64,000 nt of DNA from positions 324 through 64,323 of the forward strand of contig JBDKUY010000071.1 of NCBI GenBank assembly GCA_039679445.1, given 5' to 3'. This DNA comes from Methanofastidiosum sp. (GTDB lineage Archaea; Methanobacteriota_B; Thermococci; Methanofastidiosales; Methanofastidiosaceae). Below, in pieces: positions 11,172-20,252 of this stretch; position 1 is the stretch's first letter, and every line of letters starts with the position of its first letter. The position numbers were made by a program, and so were the translations under genes. The notes under the pieces were generated by a model. It worked only from the letters and a program-made list of their open reading frames with translations, made no database searches and was not told where the DNA came from.

Positions 11172-11959
11172 AACAAATTGCAATATATGGAAAAGGGGGA
11201 ATAGGAAAATCCTCAATATCGTCAAACCTTTCAGTGAATTTAGCTTCTGAAGGATTTGGAGTCTTACTTATTGGTTGTGATCCAAAGAGTGATAGCACCA
11301 TTAATCTCTTTGGCGGTAGAAGGATAGATACAGTCTTGGATTTGTACAAGAAAGGCATTACCGATCCAGATAAATTAATTTTTGAAGGATATAATGGTGT
11401 AAAAGGTGTCGAGGTAGGTGGTCCTGCTGCAGGAGTAGGGTGTGCAGGTAGAGGAATTCTTGTTGCATTGAAAACGCTGAACAAAGATTATTACCTCGAA
11501 AAAGGTTTTGACATAATAATATATGATGTTCCAGGGGATGTTGTATGTGGTGGATTTGCTGGTCCTGCCAGAGAAGGATATGCGGATGAAATTTACATAG
11601 TTACTAGTGGGGAATATCTTTCAGTCTATGCTGCAAATAATATTGCAAAAGGTCTATTTAACCTCAAAGTAAAGATGGGTGGGATAATAGGAAATATGAG
11701 GGGAATACCAAACGAAGAAAAAAAAATAAAATCATATGCTGAAGAAATAGACTCACAGTTAATTAATGCAGTTGAAAGAAATCCCAAAATATATGAAAGT
11801 GAAATTGAGGGTAAAACTGTACTTGAGAAATATCCTGATGATCCTCTAAATTTAAAATTCAAAGATATTGGAAATAAAATAATTAAAAATAAAGAAGCCA
11901 AAGTTCCAAATCCCACAACAGATGAGGAGATAAGATCAATAATTGGAGGGCTCTATTGA
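11168..11959 (+). CDS. cfbC: Ni-sirohydrochlorin a,c-diamide reductive cyclase, NifH-like ATPase subunit
   Basis: [13 protein letters not shown] Walker A motif and Cys ligands for a 4Fe-4S cluster (GCDPK...VVCGGF). ATGA overlap with cfbD. Confidence 0.85.
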   Translation: MKQIAIYGKGGIGKSSISSNLSVNLASEGFGVLLIGCDPKSDSTINLFGGRRIDTVLDLYKKGITDPDKLIFEGYNGVKGVEVGGPAAGVGCAGRGILVALKTLNKDYYLEKGFDIIIYDVPGDVVCGGFAGPAREGYADEIYIVTSGEYLSVYAANNIAKGLFNLKVKMGGIIGNMRGIPNEEKKIKSYAEEIDSQLINAVERNPKIYESEIEGKTVLEKYPDDPLNLKFKDIGNKIIKNKEAKVPNPTTDEEIRSIIGGLY

Positions 11960-13317
11960 AGATACCTAGAGTTGTAATTTCCGGAACTGCTTCTGGTGTT
12001 GGCAAGACTTCAATTTCTTGCGGGATAATGAAAGCACTATCCGAGGAAAAAAAAGTTGCCCCTTTTAAAGTAGGGCCAGATTTTATTGACCCAATATACC
12101 ATAGATTTGCCACTGGGAACTTCTCTAGAAATCTTGATACTTTTTTTATGGAAAAAGATGCACTAATTGAGAATTTTACAAGAGGGGCAGATAAGAAAGA
12201 TATAGCAATTATAGAAGGTGTAAGAGGCTTATATGAAGGTATTGATCCTGTTGAAGAAGTAGGTTCAACTTCACATGTTTCAAAGATTTTAGATTCCCCA
12301 GTAATTCTAGTGATGAATACCCGTTCATTGACAAAAAGTGCAGCTGCGTATATTAAAGGATTTCAAGCCCTAGATTCAAATGTCAAAATAAGGGGAGTTA
12401 TCTTAAATCAGGTTAGAGATGATGCTCACTATCAAAAATTAAAAAAGGCGATAGAAGCTTTTACAGACGTTGAGATTGTAGGCAGTATTGAGAGAGGTGC
12501 AATATCATTGAGCTCCAGGCACCTCGGACTTGTACCTTTAATTGAAAGAGACAATAGAGAAGAAGTTATGGAAGATCTAGGAAAAGAGATTGAAAATTCC
12601 CTTGACATTGATAAAATAAAAGATATAGCCGATGAAGCAGAAGACTTAGAGAAAAAAGAAGGATTTTTATTTAAGGTTAATCCAGAATTAAAGAATAAAA
12701 AAACGACTGTCGGCATACCATTCGACAAGGCTTTCAGCTTTTACTACAGAGAAAACATAGAGGCCCTAGAAGAAAATGGCGCTAAAATAAGATATTTCAG
12801 GCCTACTGAAGCAGAGGATTTACCTGAAGCGGACTGTTATTACATTGGCGGAGGTTATCCTGAGATATATCCTGATAGTATATCAAAAAATCAAGATTTT
12901 TTAAAGGACTTGAAATCGGCTTTTGAAGAATCTAAACCGATATATGGCGAATGTGGAGGACTAATGATACTTTCCAAATACATAGAAGTGGAAAATAAAA
13001 GATATCCTATGGCAGGAATATTTGATCAAGGAACATTGATGAAAAAAAGTAAACAAGGTTTAAGTTATGTTATTGCAAAGCCCACTGAAAAGCATTTCTT
13101 CTTAAAGGATATCGTAAAGGGTCACGAATTCCATTATTCCAAAATGGAGCCGTTGCCTCACAAACAGAATTTTGCCTACAAGATTATAAGAGGTAAAGGG
13201 ATTAATAATAGTATGGACGGATTAATAAAAAATAAATGTATTGGTTCCTATTTGCATGTTCATGTTGGCGGTGCCCCTTCGTGGGCCGCATCATTCTTAG
13301 AAAGCGTTTATCAATAA
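11956..13317 (+). CDS. cfbB: Ni-sirohydrochlorin a,c-diamide synthase (CbiA/CobB-like amidotransferase)
   Basis: N-terminal ATP-binding [12 protein letters not shown] motif and a C-terminal GATase-like domain with GECGG. ATGA overlap with cfbC. Confidence 0.8.
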   Translation: MKIPRVVISGTASGVGKTSISCGIMKALSEEKKVAPFKVGPDFIDPIYHRFATGNFSRNLDTFFMEKDALIENFTRGADKKDIAIIEGVRGLYEGIDPVEEVGSTSHVSKILDSPVILVMNTRSLTKSAAAYIKGFQALDSNVKIRGVILNQVRDDAHYQKLKKAIEAFTDVEIVGSIERGAISLSSRHLGLVPLIERDNREEVMEDLGKEIENSLDIDKIKDIADEAEDLEKKEGFLFKVNPELKNKKTTVGIPFDKAFSFYYRENIEALEENGAKIRYFRPTEAEDLPEADCYYIGGGYPEIYPDSISKNQDFLKDLKSAFEESKPIYGECGGLMILSKYIEVENKRYPMAGIFDQGTLMKKSKQGLSYVIAKPTEKHFFLKDIVKGHEFHYSKMEPLPHKQNFAYKIIRGKGINNSMDGLIKNKCIGSYLHVHVGGAPSWAASFLESVYQ

Positions 13318-13318
13318 A

Positions 13319-14674
13319 TCACATTTCAAATCCAGGTGGCATCATAGGCATTTTTCCCTTCATGCCTCTGAGTTGTCTTTTGTTCATGCCTTTCAAGAAC
13401 TTCTTAATCATTGCATACTGATTTAATAGCTCTTTTACCTCGCCCTGATTTGTACCAGACCCTCTAGAAATTCTTCTTATGCGCTCATGATTAATAATCT
13501 TAGGATTTTTCTTTTCCTGCATAGTCATTGAATCCATTATTATTCTGAACTTTGTAAGTTTCTCTTCTCCAACTTCGACCATGTCTGTTGGAAGATTTGC
13601 CCCCATCCCAGGTATCATAGAAAGTACCTGCTTCAATGGACCCATTTTGCTTACCATCTCAAGCTGACTATACATGTCAAAGAGATCGAACTTTCCCGCA
13701 AGTATCTTATCCTTGTCAAGCTTTGAGTAATCTTCTGCTTCAGAAGCTTCTTTAACTTTCTCTAAAAGAGTTTCAAGATCTCCAAGACCCAATAAACGTG
13801 AAACGAACCTCTTTGGATCAAACGGTTCGATAGAATCAATTCTTTCCCCAGTTCCTATAAATTTAATAGGCGCACCTGTGGCAGCGGCTGCAGACAGTGC
13901 CCCTCCCCCTTTTGCCGAACCATCTAGCTTTGTTACTATTATAGAACCTACTGTTGTTGCATTTGCAAATCCTTCAGCTTGGACAAAAGCTTGTTGGCCA
14001 ATTGTACCATCAATAACAAGTGTTACTTCATCGGGATTTATTGTATTAGAGATCTCCGTCATCTCATCTATTAGCCCTTTTTCTTCTCTGTGCCTTCCCG
14101 CCGTATCGACAATAATTATATCCGAAGTCTTTTCCTTAAAGAATTTTACCCCTTCTCTTGCTAGTTTGATACTGTCCTTTTCCTTTGGGTCACCAAATAC
14201 AGGTATGTTATTCTCGGCGCAGAACTGTTTTAACTGCTCAAATGCTCCAGGTCTCCAAGTGTCGGCCCCGACAACGCCCACTCTAAATCCTCGTTTTTGG
14301 TAGAATCTAGCAAGTTTTCCGGTAGTTGTAGTCTTTCCGCTCCCCTGAATACCTATCATCAGAACTACTTTGCCTTTTTTATCAGGGAGATGCTCCTTTT
14401 TGGTATCAGAGCCCATAAATCTTGATAGCTCTTCATAAACTATCTTTATTATGTGCTCCTTTCTTGACACACCCTTTGGTAATTTTTCTTCCATTGCCCT
14501 AGATTCAATGTTCTTTGATAATTCAAAGACCAGCTTAACATTAACATCGGAAAGTAAAAGTGCCTTTTGAATGTCCTTCACAAGCTCTTTTATAAGGGAT
14601 TCGTCAACTACCCCTGCTTTTGTCAATTTTCTCAATGCACCGCTTAATGCGCCCGAAAGGGAGTCTAAGACCAT
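13319..14674 (-). CDS. srp54: Signal recognition particle protein SRP54
   Basis: NG domain with GIQGSGKTTT and DTAGR motifs, plus a Met-rich M domain at the C-terminus. Confidence 0.92.
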   Translation of the reverse strand: MVLDSLSGALSGALRKLTKAGVVDESLIKELVKDIQKALLLSDVNVKLVFELSKNIESRAMEEKLPKGVSRKEHIIKIVYEELSRFMGSDTKKEHLPDKKGKVVLMIGIQGSGKTTTTGKLARFYQKRGFRVGVVGADTWRPGAFEQLKQFCAENNIPVFGDPKEKDSIKLAREGVKFFKEKTSDIIIVDTAGRHREEKGLIDEMTEISNTINPDEVTLVIDGTIGQQAFVQAEGFANATTVGSIIVTKLDGSAKGGGALSAAAATGAPIKFIGTGERIDSIEPFDPKRFVSRLLGLGDLETLLEKVKEASEAEDYSKLDKDKILAGKFDLFDMYSQLEMVSKMGPLKQVLSMIPGMGANLPTDMVEVGEEKLTKFRIIMDSMTMQEKKNPKIINHERIRRISRGSGTNQGEVKELLNQYAMIKKFLKGMNKRQLRGMKGKMPMMPPGFEM

Positions 14675-14714
14675 ACAAACACCTAACTTTAGACATTATT
14701 TAACTTATAAAAAA

Positions 14715-15698
14715 CTAATGGTCAATTTTCTTTTTTAAAGTAATGACAAACGTCCTGCCAATAGGTTCTCTCTCAATTAGTTCCTTCTTTTCAAGATTTG
14801 TGAGAATCTTAGTTATCTTAGCCTTTGAAAATCCCGTTACACTCGATAATTTCTTCTGTTTTAACTTTCCGCCTTCGTTTTTTATTATTTCACATATAGC
14901 CATTTCGTCCTCTGAAAGGAGGGAAGGCGGAATCTTGACTTCCACATCTCTGTTTTTTGAAGATCTATAAAATATAAGTATCCCCACAGAAATTAATAGT
15001 ATTAGAACAACTGCTAATGGGACAAAAATATTTGTACCAAAACCATTATTTGACACAAGTGAATTGTACTTAATTTTAAACATCATCGGGGTTGAAGGGG
15101 ATTTCATCTCCCAGAGAACAATAATCCTTTTTCCATCGCTTTGCAGATATGTGGGTTCTGGGATAATTGCAGATATATCTTCATTATTAATGCCGTAAGC
15201 AGGAGGAAGTTTTATCCTAAAAATAAGATTTTTGACATTTGGGTAAACTAGTTCCTTCATATATACAAAATCTTTTTTCTTTATTTCTACAGCATCTGAA
15301 ATAGTATAGCTAATCTTTATGGTGTTTAGTTCATTTGATGCCAATCTTATTGCCTGATTTATAGGTGGATTAAGTTTTTCATTATTGTATATAACTTCCA
15401 GATTTTTGTAGCCATTTGGCAGGTATAGATTAAAATCAATTTCATCGTTTGGGTATAGAATAATATCAATCGATTCTTTCAATGAATGATCTTCCATTAT
15501 TTCAACGTCTATTTTGAGGTAAGTAATCTCAAGTTGATTATCGGTAAGTATAGGCGAAAAAGATGAAGGCAATATCAAAAAAAGGAATATTAGAGCTATC
15601 AACAAATATCTAAAGGTTTTTTTCAATTCTTTTGCCATAATACTACCTAATACTAAAAAGATACCTTGAATCCTTATATAATTTTTAGGATTAATCAA
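14715..15698 (-). CDS. Membrane-tethered protein with extracytoplasmic domain and C-terminal cytoplasmic winged-HTH (MarR/ArsR-like)
   Basis: N-terminal signal-anchor helix, ~200-aa external domain, second TM (IFVPLAVVLILLISVGILIF), then a wHTH (SSVTGFSKAKITKILTNLEKKELIEREPIGRTF). Confidence 0.5.
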   Translation of the reverse strand: MINPKNYIRIQGIFLVLGSIMAKELKKTFRYLLIALIFLFLILPSSFSPILTDNQLEITYLKIDVEIMEDHSLKESIDIILYPNDEIDFNLYLPNGYKNLEVIYNNEKLNPPINQAIRLASNELNTIKISYTISDAVEIKKKDFVYMKELVYPNVKNLIFRIKLPPAYGINNEDISAIIPEPTYLQSDGKRIIVLWEMKSPSTPMMFKIKYNSLVSNNGFGTNIFVPLAVVLILLISVGILIFYRSSKNRDVEVKIPPSLLSEDEMAICEIIKNEGGKLKQKKLSSVTGFSKAKITKILTNLEKKELIEREPIGRTFVITLKKKIDH

Positions 15699-15972
15699 AA
15701 TATAAGATTTTTTGGGCCGGAATTATATATAAGGTTTTAGATAAATAATGTTTATTATAATGAAATAGTATGCTTTAAGTCAAGTCCCTAAAAAAGAAAA
15801 ATAATAAATTTTACCTTATCATAATTAAAATATTGGAAATTAATGAAGAGTAACAGTTTTAGAACCGGCCACAATAAAATTATTTAAATATGTCAACGAT
15901 TTCCATGGGAACTTCATTTAACAAAAATTATCATTTAAGTTAGACCGGTTCTTTATTAGTGATTTATTCACC

Positions 15973-16200
15973 TTACAGAGCGATCATTGTTGAAGTCATT
16001 TGAACCCCATCAATGTTCCTAATTTTTTCGGTAAGGAACGGGTCAAGATCTTTCAACTGCTCCACATTTACTTTGACAACGATGTCATATTCTCCGTATA
16101 CTATATACGCTTCTTCAACTTCCTTCATACTTTTTAGACTATCAAGAATCTTCTTTTCTTTTCCAGCATCGCCCACGATGAGGGCAAAAGCGACAACCAT
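15973..16200 (-). CDS. Stand-alone Lrp/AsnC C-terminal (RAM) domain protein
   Basis: 75-aa protein with the typical beta-alpha-beta-beta-alpha-beta RAM pattern (EAYIVYGEYDIVVKV). Confidence 0.6.
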   Translation of the reverse strand: MVVAFALIVGDAGKEKKILDSLKSMKEVEEAYIVYGEYDIVVKVNVEQLKDLDPFLTEKIRNIDGVQMTSTMIAL

Positions 16201-16254
16201 TATATCACCTATTATATTATTGATTTTAGATATTTAAAACTTTTTATGAATTGT

Positions 16255-16810
16255 CTAGAAGTAGTATATGATATCTTGAATTAATTTAATGAAATTTACA
16301 GGTGCTGAATCCAATTCTGCAAATACCCCGCTAGCCATGACTATTATCAAAAGAAATATTGCAGATATTTCTATGGCTTTATTAGCGAAAGCATTATCAT
16401 ACCTTAATCTTCCTCCAATCAAAGGAAAATGAACATGTTTTCTTTTGCTGAAAGGATAGTAAAGAGGCGCCCCCCAAGCGATAATACTATCTGCGAGAGT
16501 ATGTGAAAAAACTGCAAATGATGCAACTACTGTGCAATCCCATGTAAAAAAATTGGAAAAAATACCTTCAGATTCGGTTAATGAAAGAAATATTATAACA
16601 AGAATACTATAATCGATGCCAATAAAGAGTGTGTAACCCCATTCTATGTTTTTTGATAAATATGTCAAGATCTGGTAGGACTGCAAATATACCTCCAATC
16701 AACATAAGATCTCCAATTAGTAATTCTGTCTTTACCCCAATTCCAATTAAAAAAAGGATAAGGATCCCGGACGATAGCATGCCCAATGCTATATGGATTC
16801 TCATTTTCAT
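16255..16810 (-). pseudogene. YdjM-like membrane-bound metal-dependent hydrolase, apparently frameshifted near 16620-16630
   Basis: Two overlapping minus-strand ORFs in different frames. The upstream part carries PDLD...HRMGLHTL, resembling the YdjM HRGFTHS motif. The downstream part continues the hydrophobic core in another frame. Confidence 0.4.
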
Positions 16811-16882
16811 AAAATCTATTTACTTCAGTTTTTTATATAATTTGTGCCAAATAGTTTTAAACTAATTATTTAGATATCGTTC

Positions 16883-17212
16883 ATGAAAATAATGACTGCT
16901 ATACTGCTTCTATGTATTATAGCCGTTTCTCCTATTTCTAGTGAACTTACCTCACTTATACTCCCATTAAACGATAGCGATATCCCCAAGGAGATAAAGC
17001 CCCTGCTAAAAGAAGGCTACAGAATCAATTTTCAGGGTTATGAAGAAAATCTTATTGAGTTTATATGCTATGATGAGGATTCAGCTTCATTGTTTCTAAA
17101 TGAATTCTTAAACTCAAGGGGGGATATAAAATCCAAGAATATACTAACTTTTCTTACAAAGGCATCGATGGCTATTCGTTCACTTCTACTTGGGGAAAAG
17201 GATATGTCCTAA
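16883..17212 (+). CDS. Small secreted hypothetical protein (signal peptide)
   Basis: N-terminal MKIMTAILLLCIIAVSPISS signal-like segment. 109 aa. Confidence 0.35.
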   Translation: MKIMTAILLLCIIAVSPISSELTSLILPLNDSDIPKEIKPLLKEGYRINFQGYEENLIEFICYDEDSASLFLNEFLNSRGDIKSKNILTFLTKASMAIRSLLLGEKDMS

Positions 17213-17359
17213 AAGAAAAAAATAAAGTATATGTTTTCAATTCCCCCTCTGAGAACATGTCTAACCTTAAGATTCTCTTAGAAACTAAGTTTGGAAAAGC
17301 CTTTTCTTATTATTATCTAGCTTTGTTATTGATACCAATAGGATTAATCTTCTACAAAA

Positions 17360-18220
17360 TTATAAAATAATCTTTTCGATATTTTCAGAGATTTCTTTTA
17401 CTTCGTCATTTTCCAGTCCATAAAGCTTGATAGTCTCGATTACAAAACCTTTCTCTTTTGTCCTATCATATCTTGGGCATTTAGTAAAAAGCGATTTTCC
17501 AGTTTTTGGCCTTATTTTTTTATTAAGAAGTTCAAGAGATTTAGTCGGATTCTCATCCCTTACGAATACTGATATTAATTTAGGCTCTTTGTAAGGTATC
17601 TCAAGTGATGATTTTTGGAATATTTGTGCCATATTTCTTAAGGTATTTAATTTTTCTTGTGCATTTTCAATCTCATTATTAAGCTTAAGATAATAGCTAT
17701 CCGGGAGTTTTGAAAATGACAATATTTTTTCTGATTCTTCCAGATTAATGTCAGGACTAATCCCAACAAATCCCCCATAGCCACACTCCAATATCTTCGG
17801 GCTTCCTGTTGAGCAGTATATCACATCGGCCCAGCCAAAATCTTTATCAGGAAAAACTCCAGAGATATCTTCAATCGAAACGATTCCTTTGTTCATTAAT
17901 TCATTACATATCTCTCTGGTAGGATTTGATCTTATATGGCCAGAAAGAGAAGTAAATAAAAATACATCAAACTCTTTTTTGAATTTTGGCACAATAATAC
18001 CATTATCAGTAGGAAGCTCAACATAATTTTTTTTCAGAAGTTTTGGTATCTCAATGAATCCTTTAAATCCGCCCTGGTCAGGTATTCCGATTTTAGTTAT
18101 ATTTGAATCAAAAAGAATGGAAAAAAGACCAAATGTCGCAGAATTAACAAAGTATATATTGTAATCTTTATTGAGTAAGGGCAACATCTTTTTTCTTAGA
18201 TTCAGTATAATCTCTTCCAT
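17360..18220 (-). CDS. Hypothetical protein with PLP-fold-like motif (short aminotransferase-like)
   Basis: A CSTGSPKIL...GYGGFVGIS segment resembles the S-x-x-K...GxxGF PLP-lysine region of fold-type I enzymes. At 286 aa it is unusually short. Overlaps the upstream gene. Confidence 0.35.
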   Translation of the reverse strand: MEEIILNLRKKMLPLLNKDYNIYFVNSATFGLFSILFDSNITKIGIPDQGGFKGFIEIPKLLKKNYVELPTDNGIIVPKFKKEFDVFLFTSLSGHIRSNPTREICNELMNKGIVSIEDISGVFPDKDFGWADVIYCSTGSPKILECGYGGFVGISPDINLEESEKILSFSKLPDSYYLKLNNEIENAQEKLNTLRNMAQIFQKSSLEIPYKEPKLISVFVRDENPTKSLELLNKKIRPKTGKSLFTKCPRYDRTKEKGFVIETIKLYGLENDEVKEISENIEKIIL

Positions 18221-20252
18221 ATTTTTTCCACCAATTCTTTACTGTAAAATTATCCGGCCTTAAAAACTCATTATTTTCTATTGAAATATCAGATATAACA
18301 TCAATTCTCAAAGCTTTGATACATTTTTCTGCGGTATCATATCCAACAAGATATCTCTTTTCAGCTAAAACAACACCCAATGGGTTAATCCTTGAAGTCC
18401 TTGAGACTTTGTCATCAAGATCAAAATAAGAGAGTAAGACTGATTTTTTTTTCTTTGACGCTTCAATTAAATCTCTTGTAATGTTTGGCCTAATATCCAT
18501 GCTTCTTTCAAATCCTTCCTCTCTAAAAAAATATTCAGTGTCTTCCTTCTTAAGCCCGGTTAAGTATCCTTCCTTAATTGACTTAATCTCGGATTTTAAG
18601 TCTATGTTCTCAGAAGATTTCTCTAGAAAAGATTCTTTCTTTTCGTCGTAGCCCTCAATATGAATCTGGATGAATATTCCATTCTTTTCTAGAACCTCCC
18701 TTATTTTTGGGATATTCTCTTCTTTTATCAAGATTATATTTGGTTCTATAGACTGTTCAACGAAATTTTGTATCCTCTTATTTATTTCTAAAAATAAAGG
18801 CACGTCATTAATAATCAGAAATATGCCTTTGAAAGCTCTTACTTTGCCATATTTTGATGCCCAATCCCTCAGTTGGTATATAACATTTTGAGGTATATCA
18901 TTAGAAGAGTATTTTTTCAAAAAGTTTATTATTTTATCAAGTGAGAATCCAGATTCTATGCCCGTCATAATAGTTTCTGACGTTATCTGGTACAAACTTA
19001 CAATGTCAGCTTTCTGGATATCTGCAAATCTATTCAGATCAAATAGTGCAATCTTATCAATCTCTTCTGATAAAACTGAGATTTCAAAATTTGGAGTCAT
19101 GAAAAGAATCTTTTTCTGCTCTGCCTTCTTACTCTTATCAAAGTATATTGTGGGCTCTTTTGATGCTACTCTTTCAGATGTTAAGAGCTCCTTTCCAAAC
19201 TGAGTAAGCGAGAAAGAAATCATTTTGCCATCTTTAAATCCGCCGTCGACTATCCCAAGCCACAACAAATAATCGGATATTACTTTCTCAAAAAATTTAT
19301 CATCAAAATATATCCACCGATTTTCATCCTTTTCATCAAATAGTGAATTCTGTAATTTTTTTATGAAAGATTTAATGTAGATATCTTTACCCACTTCTAC
19401 CTTTTTTATAGAATCAAGGACTATTCTGATGTTTAGCTCATTTACCCTACTTATGAAGATTTCCTTTCTCTTAAAACCTTCAATACTTTCTAGGCCAAAA
19501 AAGATATACTTAAAGAATAATCTAATTAAGTCTTCATCAGCAATAGGAAGAATTTCATTGATTTTATCTGTAAGAATATATTGATCCCCGGATATTTTAA
19601 TTAAGCCAAAATCCAAAGCAAGACTTTCAATAAACTGTGATCTAGATTCATTTTTTATGTGGAGTTTTTCAACAAGCCCCTCTTGATCTTTTTTGGAAAT
19701 CTCCTTTTTGGCCGTTAGTTTTAATTCTTCCTTTGCAACAAATGATAAGAAAATAATTAGATCAGAAATAAGGAGATTTTTATCTTTTCTTATCTGCAAA
19801 TTTTCTAGAGTTATCTCCTCAGGAATCTTCTTGAAAATATTAATTAATTTTTCTTTTAATGCAGAGTTAACAATATAAGTCTTAATTATTCCATCCATTC
19901 CATCCAAAACTAATAGATTAGTTTCAAGATTTTTAATAACCTCTTCAAATGTCCAAAAGCTGTATTTCTCTATGAAAATATTCTGAGCATCCTGCTGCTT
20001 TTTTACCCCTCCGGCCATTAATAAGATACCCAAAAATTCCTTTTCCTTAAGTGATAATGAATTAAAAACAGCTTCAATCTTATTCTCATCTTCCATTGCT
20101 TCTTCTAGGGAATCGATAACCTGTTCTTTAGGCGTCGTAATATCAACTCCCCACGCCTTAAACGTATTCTCCATCTGTTTTCCAGATAGTCCCTTAACTT
20201 TTTCCCTCATATCCAATAACTCACCTATCGAGTGACTCTGTAAGCTTTTCAA
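18168..20252 (-). CDS. Large hypothetical protein (694 aa) with C-terminal WYL domain
   Basis: The C-terminus (SVLLSYFDLDDKVSRTSRINPLGVVLAEKRYLVGYDTAEKCIKALRIDVISDISIENNEFLRPDNF) matches the WYL-domain pattern. No Walker motifs seen in the N-terminal ~600 aa. Confidence 0.45.
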   Translation of the reverse strand: MKSLQSHSIGELLDMREKVKGLSGKQMENTFKAWGVDITTPKEQVIDSLEEAMEDENKIEAVFNSLSLKEKEFLGILLMAGGVKKQQDAQNIFIEKYSFWTFEEVIKNLETNLLVLDGMDGIIKTYIVNSALKEKLINIFKKIPEEITLENLQIRKDKNLLISDLIIFLSFVAKEELKLTAKKEISKKDQEGLVEKLHIKNESRSQFIESLALDFGLIKISGDQYILTDKINEILPIADEDLIRLFFKYIFFGLESIEGFKRKEIFISRVNELNIRIVLDSIKKVEVGKDIYIKSFIKKLQNSLFDEKDENRWIYFDDKFFEKVISDYLLWLGIVDGGFKDGKMISFSLTQFGKELLTSERVASKEPTIYFDKSKKAEQKKILFMTPNFEISVLSEEIDKIALFDLNRFADIQKADIVSLYQITSETIMTGIESGFSLDKIINFLKKYSSNDIPQNVIYQLRDWASKYGKVRAFKGIFLIINDVPLFLEINKRIQNFVEQSIEPNIILIKEENIPKIREVLEKNGIFIQIHIEGYDEKKESFLEKSSENIDLKSEIKSIKEGYLTGLKKEDTEYFFREEGFERSMDIRPNITRDLIEASKKKKSVLLSYFDLDDKVSRTSRINPLGVVLAEKRYLVGYDTAEKCIKALRIDVISDISIENNEFLRPDNFTVKNWWKKYGRDYTESKKKDVALTQ

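Noticed and set aside
15699-15972. Possible SRP RNA or other structured ncRNA next to srp54 in the 275-nt non-coding spacer
   Set aside because: The spacer is extremely AT-rich with only short GC islands. Archaeal 7S RNA is ~300 nt and GC-rich with long helices. Nothing here can form that.
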